The notes beneath the pieces are model-generated. The model had not been told where the DNA came from. It saw nothing but the letters and a program-made list of their open reading frames with translations, and ran no database searches. The position numbers were made by a program, and so were the translations under genes. A stretch of 60,717 nucleotides of DNA from assembly GCA_964632045.1 (NCBI GenBank), contig CAZWBB010000007.1:1-60717 (forward strand), written 5' to 3'. This document shows, piece after piece, positions 17,850 through 27,059 of this stretch; the first letter of the stretch is position 1, and every line of letters starts with the position of its first letter. Source of the DNA: an uncultured Methanosarcinales archaeon. GTDB lineage: Archaea; Nanobdellota; Nanobdellia; Woesearchaeales; GW2011-AR9.

Positions 17850-20294
17850 TTATTCTCCTCCATAAACATTTATGATCCTCATTCTTCCTCTTGGCATATC
17901 CAGAGTAGTGATCGAACCATCCCCTCCCTGGAATTTTACTTCTCCTCTGTCCAATACAACCAACCTCTGACCATCATAGTGAAAATCAGAGATCTTTTCC
18001 ATGGCTCCGAAGCGAGAGATCCGAACGGGAGCGGACCTGCTCGGCTCTTCCCCGCCCGTGAAATAGACTCCACCATAAGCTTTGTTAAGGAAGATCGAAA
18101 AAAGGATGCAGTCGATACCTTTGTAATAAACAGGTTGCATACGCTTGATCATAGGATTTCCAGAAGGGAATCTGCAGTACAATTCATCATTTTTATAAAT
18201 CTCTCCGATGGAAGTTCCCGAAAAGATATCGTCATTCCGAGCAACCAATGATTTGATCGTCCCGGGGATAGTATATAGCTTTCTGATTCTGTCGGATCGG
18301 CCATCATATCCATATACCGTGCCACCCCTGCTTATGATGAACCGTTCCCTTGCAGCGGCCACACGCAACGTTTCCTGATTTGCACTCTCAAGAAGGAGGT
18401 AATCGCTGATCTCGTCCAGACTTATCTCAAGACGTTTGGTATGTTGAAATTCCCTCATTCCCACCCTGATCGCCCCTACACCTTTAAATGTCGCCAGCAG
18501 AAAGTTATCATCGCCAATCGATGGGGAGAATGCAATTGAGGAAGCCACCTTCACTTGTCTGCCGGACAACCTGATCTCTCTCCGCACTTCGGGCTGATCA
18601 GGATCGGTCATCTCAACTCCTGCTTCATAGCCTGCGGCAGTCAGACATCTTTCATCAAGAGAGAAGCTTGTGATCGTACTATATCTCTTACCTTGCATGA
18701 TAACCCTTCCTTTTTTACCGGCAACTGATGCTTCGGCAACCTTCGTGCCATCAGTGGCAAAGTACCTTCTCTCCCTATAAGCCTTTCTTCGTTCAGGAAA
18801 TCTTACATCCAACTTGAGGGCGAGCTGCTTAATCTTAGTAAATATTTCGGTGGCAACCTCATAGACCATAGTTTCCTTTTCCCTGAGTTGAGATGGCACA
18901 GAAATTTTCTCTTCCAATGGTTGGCCATTCCTGAACCCGTGAACCCCGCTCAAGTAGACCGGATTCTCATGACCTGGATTTTTAAGTAAGATGTTACACA
19001 ATGGTTCTCCATCCTTTGGAAAAGAAGAAAAAACGTCTCCTTTGCTCCTGCATGAATTTATTATCAACGCAAGGATGCTCTTATCATAGTCCATCCAAAC
19101 GTGATCTTCATCCTGGTATTTGTTCCAATAGATGTTGATCTCATTATTCAACTTATCAAAAGCCTGCTCCATATTGACTCTCTTTTCCAGATTGGCAAAG
19201 GTCTGTCTGCTTTTGGCTGTCAATTGCACTTCTTCACTAAGTATCGGGATCATCAGATTCTCATCATGCAGCCCCAGGACAGGAACCCAAAGTTTTTCCA
19301 GTTCCTCATCGGTAGCAGCATAACCATATTTATCGCGGATAACCTTAAGCAGGCGCATCGAGTCGACCGCCGACCATCCAACGATATTTCCGGCGATCTC
19401 TGGACAAAGAGAAGCAAGGATCATGGATGTGACTCCAGGCTCGTTCACCAGATTTATATAGCTTGGCCTGGCCTTGCATCCCGTCTCCATCAAGTCACGC
19501 AACCTCTGACCTCTTTCCAGTATCATAGGAACATAGAAAGGAAGTTCAGAAAGGATACGCTCACCAAAAGAAGATACAAATCCAAATACGTCTTTACTCT
19601 CCCTCACTGAATGAATATCTTCGATTAGCTGATACATCAAGTTCCACTCGTCCGCAAATTTGGTCTTCCCCTTGTTACACTTTCCACTTTTTTTCACATA
19701 TCCACAGTATACGCGCCAATCCTTTTCCATATCGATTACTGGTTTCTTCACTGCAGCCTTCTTGTGTGCAGGAAGCAGCAGATAGTCAGCATATTCTTTC
19801 AAAGTAGGTGGTCGACCCATGTATTCACCAGATGCATCCACAATAACGTCAGATTCCGTGAAGAACCTCTCAAATTCTCCAGTGTTTTCCTGAAATCCTC
19901 CTGCTCCGTTCATGAAAGGATCTGCTCTCCCTCTTATCTCCAAAACCAATTGATCATCCTCTACTCGTCTTTCAAGATTACCTTCTTGCTCATCTGTATG
20001 GACCCTGAAGTTTAGTCCATGGCTGACTGCCAATTCCCTGATACTACTTTCGATACCTTTAACAGAAGTACCATCGGCATCGACCATATCCGCAAAACCC
20101 CTTGACTCTCTGAACCTTTCCTCTGTCTCATAAGCCCCGTTGTAAAAAACAATCCTCCCAACCTGCTCTAAGAAATCATCTGCATCATAATCGAAGAAGA
20201 GATTTCCATCCTTGTCAGGACCATATTTTCCCAAATTCTTGAAAAGATGTTCAATTACAGCTCCCTTGCCAATAATCCCTAAAGTTTTCTTCAT
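17850..20294 (-). CDS. LDH/MDH-fold domain fused to a C-terminal beta-propeller-like domain
   Basis: LGIIGKGAV, SDVIVDASG, LVNEP, NIVGWSAVDSMRL and VLGLHDE match the LDH/MDH motif order; beta-rich C-terminal ~300 aa; probable ATG at 20294. Confidence 0.65.
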   Translation of the reverse strand: MKKTLGIIGKGAVIEHLFKNLGKYGPDKDGNLFFDYDADDFLEQVGRIVFYNGAYETEERFRESRGFADMVDADGTSVKGIESSIRELAVSHGLNFRVHTDEQEGNLERRVEDDQLVLEIRGRADPFMNGAGGFQENTGEFERFFTESDVIVDASGEYMGRPPTLKEYADYLLLPAHKKAAVKKPVIDMEKDWRVYCGYVKKSGKCNKGKTKFADEWNLMYQLIEDIHSVRESKDVFGFVSSFGERILSELPFYVPMILERGQRLRDLMETGCKARPSYINLVNEPGVTSMILASLCPEIAGNIVGWSAVDSMRLLKVIRDKYGYAATDEELEKLWVPVLGLHDENLMIPILSEEVQLTAKSRQTFANLEKRVNMEQAFDKLNNEINIYWNKYQDEDHVWMDYDKSILALIINSCRSKGDVFSSFPKDGEPLCNILLKNPGHENPVYLSGVHGFRNGQPLEEKISVPSQLREKETMVYEVATEIFTKIKQLALKLDVRFPERRKAYRERRYFATDGTKVAEASVAGKKGRVIMQGKRYSTITSFSLDERCLTAAGYEAGVEMTDPDQPEVRREIRLSGRQVKVASSIAFSPSIGDDNFLLATFKGVGAIRVGMREFQHTKRLEISLDEISDYLLLESANQETLRVAAARERFIISRGGTVYGYDGRSDRIRKLYTIPGTIKSLVARNDDIFSGTSIGEIYKNDELYCRFPSGNPMIKRMQPVYYKGIDCILFSIFLNKAYGGVYFTGGEEPSRSAPVRISRFGAMEKISDFHYDGQRLVVLDRGEVKFQGGDGSITTLDMPRGRMRIINVYGGE

Positions 20295-20571
20295 TTCCAG
20301 TGACGCCACCCCAATAAATTTATTGTTCAAGTTCTTTTTAAAGTTTTTTGTCTTTTTTCAGTGATTCTTCCGGCGAGTACATCATGAAACATTCACCTAA
20401 GTACATCCCCCCACATTTGGTTTTATTTTTTGAGGTTTGGGAGACATATAAATCTTTCTCCTGTCATTTGGAATATTCCCACAAAAATAGGGGTAATATT
20501 TCAATTAGATGAACTATATATTCCATGCATCGACGTGAAATAGGTGACAGCAATCACATCTGGCCAACTGA

Positions 20572-21735
20572 TCACTTCCCCTGTTCATACATATCATACA
20601 CATGCTCTGCTATTGCCAATGATGCAGTCAAAGCAGGGGATTCCATCCCCACCAACTGAAAACAATTGGGATGTTTTTTATCTCGTCGAATAATGAAGTC
20701 GTAAGTGTTCTTTTCTTCTGCGATGATCCCAACATGTCCGGGTTTAAGCATCGGCTTTATTTCCGTCTTGAAACTCTTCCTCTCTTCTTCACCACCGCCG
20801 TTCACGAAAAATTGCTCCATCTTGCCAAGAAACTTTTCTATCAGCTCCTCTTCAGATATTGAGTATCTGTAGTTATCTTTCTCATTCACAGGACTCACTA
20901 TCGGACCTACCCGAACAATGCTTCCGTCAGAAGTAGGTGTCAGATGAGCACCAAAGTCTTTATACGTCCTTCCCTCATGCTCAAACTGCCAGGGCATGGG
21001 GTAAATATTCCTGGAGACAGAAAACTTTCCTTTATTTACATATTCTACATATTCTCCTTTCACAGGGACTATTTCATAGTTATTCTCCGGATTTACCATG
21101 CGGGCAATTTTATCCGAATACAGACCTGCAGAATTTATCAGTGTCTTGGTCATGAATCTACAAGTATCGTCTCCAAACTGGACTTCTACGACAAAATGGT
21201 CCTTTTCTGGAATAATATTTTTTACCTCATGCTGCCTCAGTAGATGAGCTCCATGATCTTTCCCCAACCGGGCAAGAGTATCGATGTAACCAGCAGTATC
21301 CATCGTAGCGGTGGTAGGGGCATAAGCAGCAGAGTAAACCCGTAAGTTTTTTTCAAAGCCACAAATTTCCCCTGGTTCAAGCTTCCGTAGACCAGGGACG
21401 GAGGATGAATATCTGTGTAACAGCTCATCAAGAGTATTATCTTCTTCCTCAGACTGCGTTACGATCAATTTCCCTGTATCCTGCATGGATATCCCATAAG
21501 TCTGACAGAAATCTCTTAACATCCTGTTCCCTTTTTTACAGAGGACTCTTTTCAATCCTTCCTGATAAAAACCGCAATGAAGCACTTCGGAGCTCCTGCT
21601 GCTTTGCTCAGCACCTAGATACTTATTTTTCTCAAGCAGGAATACCTGATCCTCTCCCAGCTTTGAAGCAAACTCACGGGCAATAGCAAGTCCAACAACT
21701 CCCCCTCCAATAATTGTCACGGGAACTTCTTCCAT
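20572..21735 (-). CDS. FAD-dependent oxidoreductase, L-2-hydroxyglutarate oxidase (LhgO)-like family
   Basis: IIGGGVVG, EQSSRSSEVLHCG, INSAGLYSDKIA, PVKGEY, GAHLTPT, GMESPALTASLAIA. Confidence 0.85.
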   Translation of the reverse strand: MEEVPVTIIGGGVVGLAIAREFASKLGEDQVFLLEKNKYLGAEQSSRSSEVLHCGFYQEGLKRVLCKKGNRMLRDFCQTYGISMQDTGKLIVTQSEEEDNTLDELLHRYSSSVPGLRKLEPGEICGFEKNLRVYSAAYAPTTATMDTAGYIDTLARLGKDHGAHLLRQHEVKNIIPEKDHFVVEVQFGDDTCRFMTKTLINSAGLYSDKIARMVNPENNYEIVPVKGEYVEYVNKGKFSVSRNIYPMPWQFEHEGRTYKDFGAHLTPTSDGSIVRVGPIVSPVNEKDNYRYSISEEELIEKFLGKMEQFFVNGGGEEERKSFKTEIKPMLKPGHVGIIAEEKNTYDFIIRRDKKHPNCFQLVGMESPALTASLAIAEHVYDMYEQGK

Positions 21736-21942
21736 CGGAAAGTTTCCGGTAATTCTACCTTATAATTTAATGTAGTAGTAGGCAATACAACGCACAGTGT
21801 AGTGGTGCACCATACAACAACAATTAAAATACAATGGTAATTAAACAAATCCTCATAATGCAACCCGACAGGTGGAGCCAACAAGTACAATTTTTCTATA
21901 CGCAAGTTTTATATATTTCAAATTGTAACAGAGAGGTATACG

Positions 21943-22683
21943 ATGAAAGAAAAAGTTCTGGCTGAACTCGGACTGTCCAAGAACGAGTCAAAGATTTACA
22001 TTTCGCTGCTTGAAACCGGTGCTGCCACCATGACACGAATCGCCGAAGCCAGCGGTATCCACCGAGTGAATGTATATGATTCTATCGCTAAGCTCAAGGA
22101 AAAAGGTTTGGTCGGGCAGATAAGCCATGATGGAAAGAAACACTACCAGGCCGCTCCACCAGACGCTCTGCGCAATATTATCAAAGAGAAAGAAATCAGG
22201 CTGAATCAGATCCTTCCGCAGCTGACACTGAGCAACCAGTTGGCAAAGACAAGTCATCACGTGCAGATCTTCAGCGGTTATGATTTCATCAGGAACATGT
22301 TCTTACATTTTCTGGAGGTAAAAGAGGACATCCTGGACCTTAATGTACCGCAATTTGTAATTGACCAGATGGGAGAATATTTCCCTGAGGTAATCCACAA
22401 AAGAAGAGCCCAGCAGAAACAGACCATGTTTCACATCTATTCCAAAAGTGCTCTTGAAAGGATCAAATTTCTTAATACCCTTCCCTACACCAAAGCAAGA
22501 TTCATCGATGATACGAACAACCACAATGTCACTACGACGATATGTGGGGAAGAAGTAGCGATCCAGATATACTACGAGAACGATGAACAAAAACCTCTCA
22601 CCATCCTCATCAAGAACAAAGAGATCGCTGATACTTACCGCACTCACTTTTTTACCATCTGGGATATCGCCAAAAAACCATGA
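21943..22683 (+). CDS. TrmB-family transcriptional regulator
   Basis: LGLSKNESKIYISLL...IHRVNVYDSIAKLKEKGLV wHTH; TTTTATATAT about 30 nt upstream. Confidence 0.85.
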   Translation: MKEKVLAELGLSKNESKIYISLLETGAATMTRIAEASGIHRVNVYDSIAKLKEKGLVGQISHDGKKHYQAAPPDALRNIIKEKEIRLNQILPQLTLSNQLAKTSHHVQIFSGYDFIRNMFLHFLEVKEDILDLNVPQFVIDQMGEYFPEVIHKRRAQQKQTMFHIYSKSALERIKFLNTLPYTKARFIDDTNNHNVTTTICGEEVAIQIYYENDEQKPLTILIKNKEIADTYRTHFFTIWDIAKKP

Positions 22684-23726
22684 GCCAAACAGATGAATTT
22701 CTGGGGGGATTAGAGAAGTCTCTGGGATACGTAAGAGGATTTGTAGCCAGTAAACTGGTATTTGAGCTGTTGCAGGAAGGACTATTTGAATTGTTAAATA
22801 ATAGCAACGGGGGGATTGGTGTGGAAGAGGTAGCCAGGGAAAAAAAGTACGATCCTGAACTTCTGGAAGCGGTTTTTGAGTACCTGGTCGTTGAAGACAT
22901 TCTAAAAAAGGAAGATAACAATCCAACTGTCAAATATTCCACTACATCTTACGGAAAAAATCTGGAGAAGTACAAAGGCTGGTTTAATTTATTGATAGGG
23001 GGGTATGGACCGGTCTTTTCCGATATGGGAAAGATGCTTAGGGAAGGGAGAGCTTCAGTATCCAGGACAGGGAAGCATGTAGGGATAGGTAGTTGTCAGA
23101 TATCATATTATGATTCTATCCCATTGACCAAAAGATTGATCGAGAAGACGAAACCGGACGCAAAAAGGTTTGTTGACTTTGGTTGTGGAAATGCTCTGTA
23201 CTTATGTACTTTCTGTGAAGAGATGGACGGCATCCAGGCAGTTGGAATTGAACCAGACAGAGAATCTTATGAAGCAGGACTCCAATTAGTAGCTGAGAAA
23301 GGATTAGGTGATAGGGTCTCTTTGGTTAATTGTGATGCTCTCAGTTACGAATTTGAGGATACTCCTGATTTTGTTTTGTTCGGATTTGTGTTACATGAAG
23401 TATATGCCCAAATAGGAGAGAAAGAGTTAATCAGATTCATCGGTGATATGGGGAAAAAATTTAGCGACAGTAATCTGCTGGTCATCGAAGTGGATTATGA
23501 CATCGACAACCACAGTGTCATGAAAACGCCCATGGGGATTGGCTATTACAATCCTTACTATCTACTGCATCCGTTCACCAATCAGAAGCTTCTTCCAAAA
23601 GAGAAGTGGGAGGAGATATTTTCCAGAGCGGGTTTTAGTATCGTAGAAAAAGAGATCGTCGATCCAGCAGTGGACCCCACAGGGTTAGAGATAGGATATG
23701 TTTTGAGGTATACTAAAAATCTTTAG
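22680..23726 (+). CDS. Class I SAM-dependent C-methyltransferase, 2-ketoarginine methyltransferase (MrsA/MppJ)-like
   Basis: VDFGCGN motif I; GWFNLLIGGY, VGIGSCQISYYDSIPLT, GFVLHE, YYNPYYLLHPFTNQ and TGLEIGY match MrsA as I recall it; ATGA-coupled to TrmB. Confidence 0.8.
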   Translation: MSQTDEFLGGLEKSLGYVRGFVASKLVFELLQEGLFELLNNSNGGIGVEEVAREKKYDPELLEAVFEYLVVEDILKKEDNNPTVKYSTTSYGKNLEKYKGWFNLLIGGYGPVFSDMGKMLREGRASVSRTGKHVGIGSCQISYYDSIPLTKRLIEKTKPDAKRFVDFGCGNALYLCTFCEEMDGIQAVGIEPDRESYEAGLQLVAEKGLGDRVSLVNCDALSYEFEDTPDFVLFGFVLHEVYAQIGEKELIRFIGDMGKKFSDSNLLVIEVDYDIDNHSVMKTPMGIGYYNPYYLLHPFTNQKLLPKEKWEEIFSRAGFSIVEKEIVDPAVDPTGLEIGYVLRYTKNL

Positions 23727-23803
23727 ATTTCGAACAGAAATCTAATGATTTTGGTATATACCAAAGTCCATAGAAGTTCGACTTCTATGGACTTTTAGTA
23801 TAC
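23708..23803. repeat. Two tandem imperfect palindromes with shared TATACYAAA ends
   Basis: TATACTAAAAATCTTTAGATTTC..GAAATCTAATGATTTTGGTATA and TATACCAAAGTCCATAGAAGT-TCG-ACTTCTATGGACTTTTAGTATA between convergent genes. Confidence 0.75.
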
Positions 23804-23859
23804 AATGAAGTAAATGAATGAAAAAAAGTAAGAGAGGATTAACTCTTGCGCAGCAAGAT

Positions 23860-26058
23860 TCAAGCACCCAATGAACCTTCTGTCAATCCTTTCCTCTGCA
23901 CGATCTGTTTCCGGATCTTATCCTGCAGTTCGCCAGGCAACCTTTCGAACATCTGATCTACAAGAGATGAGTTTCCTCTGCCAGCGGTTGATGAACGCAG
24001 GTCGTTGCTCCAACCAAAGAGTTCTCCTACCGGAAGCTTGGCGATTATCACAGTGATGTCGCCTTCCTGATTCATCTCAAGCAGTTGCCCTCTCTTGGAA
24101 CTTACGATCTTGGACACTTCTCCCACATAATCATTAGGGGTCTCAATCCGGGTAATCTGCAGCGGTTCATAAAACAGCGGACCCGCCTGCATCATCGCTT
24201 TCCGGATACCTTCTCTGATAGCAGGATACATCTGGGCCGGACCTCTGTGGATGGCATCCTCGTGCAGGGTACAATCCATTAAGCTAACTTGCACGTTGAT
24301 GCATGGTTCTTTTGCTAGAGGACCTGCCTTCATCACGTCTTCAAACATATCCAAGATCATCTCCATGATCTCTCCGATATGAACAATCCCTCGAGTCTTA
24401 TCAAGAAGGATGTTGCCTTTACATTCTCCCTTAACCTTGTTAGCCAGTTTGGCATCCCAGTCACATTCATCCCGTAGGAAAGATATTACCTGCTCATCTT
24501 TCTTCTTATACCTGCCCGTGGGCATTTTCCCTTCCTTAAGTCCCTGCGCCACCTCGGGTTCAACAGGCTGTACTTTGAAATAAAGCTTGTTATGCTTGTT
24601 GGGAGATTTTCCTTCAGCTTCAGGACTTTCTTTTGTGATGGTCTCCCTGTAAACGACGATCGGTGGAGATGTCTTTACTTCAACTCCTTTCTCTTTGATG
24701 ATCCTGTTCTCAACGACCTCTAGATGCAACTCACCCATACCATGCATCAGATGTTCACCCGTTTCCTCATTTATCTCGATGACAATGGTCGGGTCTTCCT
24801 TCTGCACCTGTCTGAGAACTTCAATCAGCTTGGGCAGGTCACTTGGCTTCTTAGCCTCGATCGCTTTTGTGACAACCGGTTCAAATATGTGTTTGATCTC
24901 TTCAAATGGTACGGCTTGTCCATCTGAAGTGACGGTCTCACCAGGTATACCTACTTTCAGACCACCGACCCCTATGATATTCCCAGCAGGGACATTGTCA
25001 ACAATCTCCTTTTTTGCTCCATTATAGACGTATACCTGTTGGATTCTTCCCGGCCACTTAGCCATGTTCAGAAAGATTTCGTCTCCTTTATGTATCGTTC
25101 CAGAGAATAGCCTTCCGGCAGCAATCTCCCCAGCCTGCGGATCTACAACTACTTTGATGATTACAAAGAACAGTCTTCCACTTGCATCACATTGTATCAA
25201 TGACTTTCCATCCGTGCTCTCCAGATCACCATGCCAAATCTTAGGTATCCGATACTCCTGCGCCAGAATGGGATCGGGGTGATGGATCGTGACCATATCC
25301 AATATGACCTCATGAATAGGAGCCTTCTTCGCTAGTATTTTTACCTTCTCCTTGATCTCTTCATCAGTTCCCTGATAAGAGTCGATGATATCTTTGAAAG
25401 ATACCCCTTTCTTCTGCATATAAGGTAGGCTGATTCCCCAGTTATGGAAAGCTGAACCAAAAGCGACTGTTCCCTTTTCGATATTCACCTGCCACTTTTC
25501 TTTGTATTCTGGTGGGGCAACTCCCCGGATAATCTTATTGACGTCAGCAATCTGTTTGATAAACCGCTGTTGCATCTGTTCAGGGGTCAGTTGCAGCTCT
25601 TTGATCAGTCTGTCAACCTTGTTGATAAAAAGGATAGGCTTAACCCTTTCTCTCAGCGCCTGCCTTAGTACAGTCTCTGTCTGCGGCATCGCTCCTTCAG
25701 ATGCGCAGATGAGGACGATCGCCCCATCTACAGCTCTCATCGCCCTTGTTACGTCTCCTCCAAAATCAACGTGTCCTGGAGTATCAATCAGATTTATCAG
25801 AAACTCTTTATCCTCAACATTGTGAACCATGGAAACCGAGGCTGAGTCTATCGTAATTCCTCTTTCTTGCTCATCTTCATGGAAATCTAGCTCGCATTTC
25901 TTACCAGCCAGCTCTTCAGACATCATGCCAGCTCCTGCCAGTAGATTGTCGGAAAAAGTCGTCTTTCCGTGATCTATATGTGCACATACCCCAATATTCC
26001 TTATCTGAGCAGGTATTTTCATCAACCTGGTTACTTTATCAACCATCTTTTCAGCCAT
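23860..26058 (-). CDS. fusA: Archaeal translation elongation factor 2
   Basis: AHIDHGKT, RGITI, DTPGHVDF, NKVD, diphthamide loop DAIHRGPAQ; 732 aa. Confidence 0.98.
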   Translation of the reverse strand: MAEKMVDKVTRLMKIPAQIRNIGVCAHIDHGKTTFSDNLLAGAGMMSEELAGKKCELDFHEDEQERGITIDSASVSMVHNVEDKEFLINLIDTPGHVDFGGDVTRAMRAVDGAIVLICASEGAMPQTETVLRQALRERVKPILFINKVDRLIKELQLTPEQMQQRFIKQIADVNKIIRGVAPPEYKEKWQVNIEKGTVAFGSAFHNWGISLPYMQKKGVSFKDIIDSYQGTDEEIKEKVKILAKKAPIHEVILDMVTIHHPDPILAQEYRIPKIWHGDLESTDGKSLIQCDASGRLFFVIIKVVVDPQAGEIAAGRLFSGTIHKGDEIFLNMAKWPGRIQQVYVYNGAKKEIVDNVPAGNIIGVGGLKVGIPGETVTSDGQAVPFEEIKHIFEPVVTKAIEAKKPSDLPKLIEVLRQVQKEDPTIVIEINEETGEHLMHGMGELHLEVVENRIIKEKGVEVKTSPPIVVYRETITKESPEAEGKSPNKHNKLYFKVQPVEPEVAQGLKEGKMPTGRYKKKDEQVISFLRDECDWDAKLANKVKGECKGNILLDKTRGIVHIGEIMEMILDMFEDVMKAGPLAKEPCINVQVSLMDCTLHEDAIHRGPAQMYPAIREGIRKAMMQAGPLFYEPLQITRIETPNDYVGEVSKIVSSKRGQLLEMNQEGDITVIIAKLPVGELFGWSNDLRSSTAGRGNSSLVDQMFERLPGELQDKIRKQIVQRKGLTEGSLGA

Positions 26059-26116
26059 TTTCGTTACCTCATTGTTTGATAAGAAGTGTTTTTGACGTTT
26101 TCTTTAAAAGTCTTTT

Positions 26117-26326
26117 GGGTAAATGGACGTATTAAGTTTCCTTGAGGAAAACATCACCTTGGCCGCTCACTCGGCATTTTCTAAAATGTTTCCTTTCACG
26201 TATAAGAAGACGTGTTTTGGGAAGGAAAATGCATCTGACCTACCTCTTACGAATGGCCTAGCTCGTTCGCCCTTGGCCCAGGCGGTGTTGTTTTCCCATC
26301 CAACTTAATACGTACGGGTAAATGGA
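26117..26326. mobile_element. MITE-like nested inverted-repeat element A with flanking 11-bp direct repeat
   Basis: IR CGTATTAAGTT (26128) / AACTTAATACG (26312); inner IRs; DR GGGTAAATGGA at 26117-26127 and 26316-26326. Confidence 0.65.
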
Positions 26327-26363
26327 ATAAACTAAAAAAAGAACAGTAGCGGTTGAGAATGAC

Positions 26364-27014
26364 TTAAACACCAACCCCACCAATAACCTTCATTATCTTT
26401 CCCATAATCTCCTTCCCGTGAGTACCAAAGTCTTCATTAACCATAATCTCACGCAGAAGTCCTTTCTCTTTGTAAAACTCAATAAGCGGAGCCGTCTGCT
26501 GTTCATAGACCCGCAGCCTTTCTTTAATAGATTCAGGATTGTCGTCAGCTCGTGTGTATAGTTCTCCTCCGCAAGAGTCACACACCCCTTCAACTTTTGG
26601 AGGAATGTTCTTCTTGTGGAAGATCCTTCCGCATTTCCTGCATGTCAGCCTTCCTCCCAGCCTTTCGATGATCACTTCTTCATCAGCCATGAAGTGGATA
26701 ACCAGATCTATGTCAGTTATCCCTTGCAGTGCCTCTGCCTGGGCGATTGTTCGAGGGAAACCATCGAGAATAAACCCGCTTTGACAATCTTCTTCTGATA
26801 ATCTCTCTTTGACCATGCCGATAGTCACTTCATCAGGTACCAATCTTCCCTGAGAGATGTATTCATCTGCCTTCTTTCCTAGTTCCGTCTGCTCTTTGAT
26901 ATTCTTACGGAATATGTCTCCTGTAGAGATGTGCAACAGGTTATATTCTTTTACCAATTCCTGAGTGTAGGTTCCTTTTCCTACTCCCGGACTTCCTAGA
27001 ACTATTATCTTCAT
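26364..27014 (-). CDS. adk: Adenylate kinase (bacterial type, Zn LID)
   Basis: GSPGVGKGT, STGDIFR, LDGFPRT, CxxC...CxxC LID. Confidence 0.96.
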   Translation of the reverse strand: MKIIVLGSPGVGKGTYTQELVKEYNLLHISTGDIFRKNIKEQTELGKKADEYISQGRLVPDEVTIGMVKERLSEEDCQSGFILDGFPRTIAQAEALQGITDIDLVIHFMADEEVIIERLGGRLTCRKCGRIFHKKNIPPKVEGVCDSCGGELYTRADDNPESIKERLRVYEQQTAPLIEFYKEKGLLREIMVNEDFGTHGKEIMGKIMKVIGGVGV

Positions 27015-27059
27015 TGTATCATCACCTCAAAGCCAAATGTTCCATTCTTTCCATCAAAT

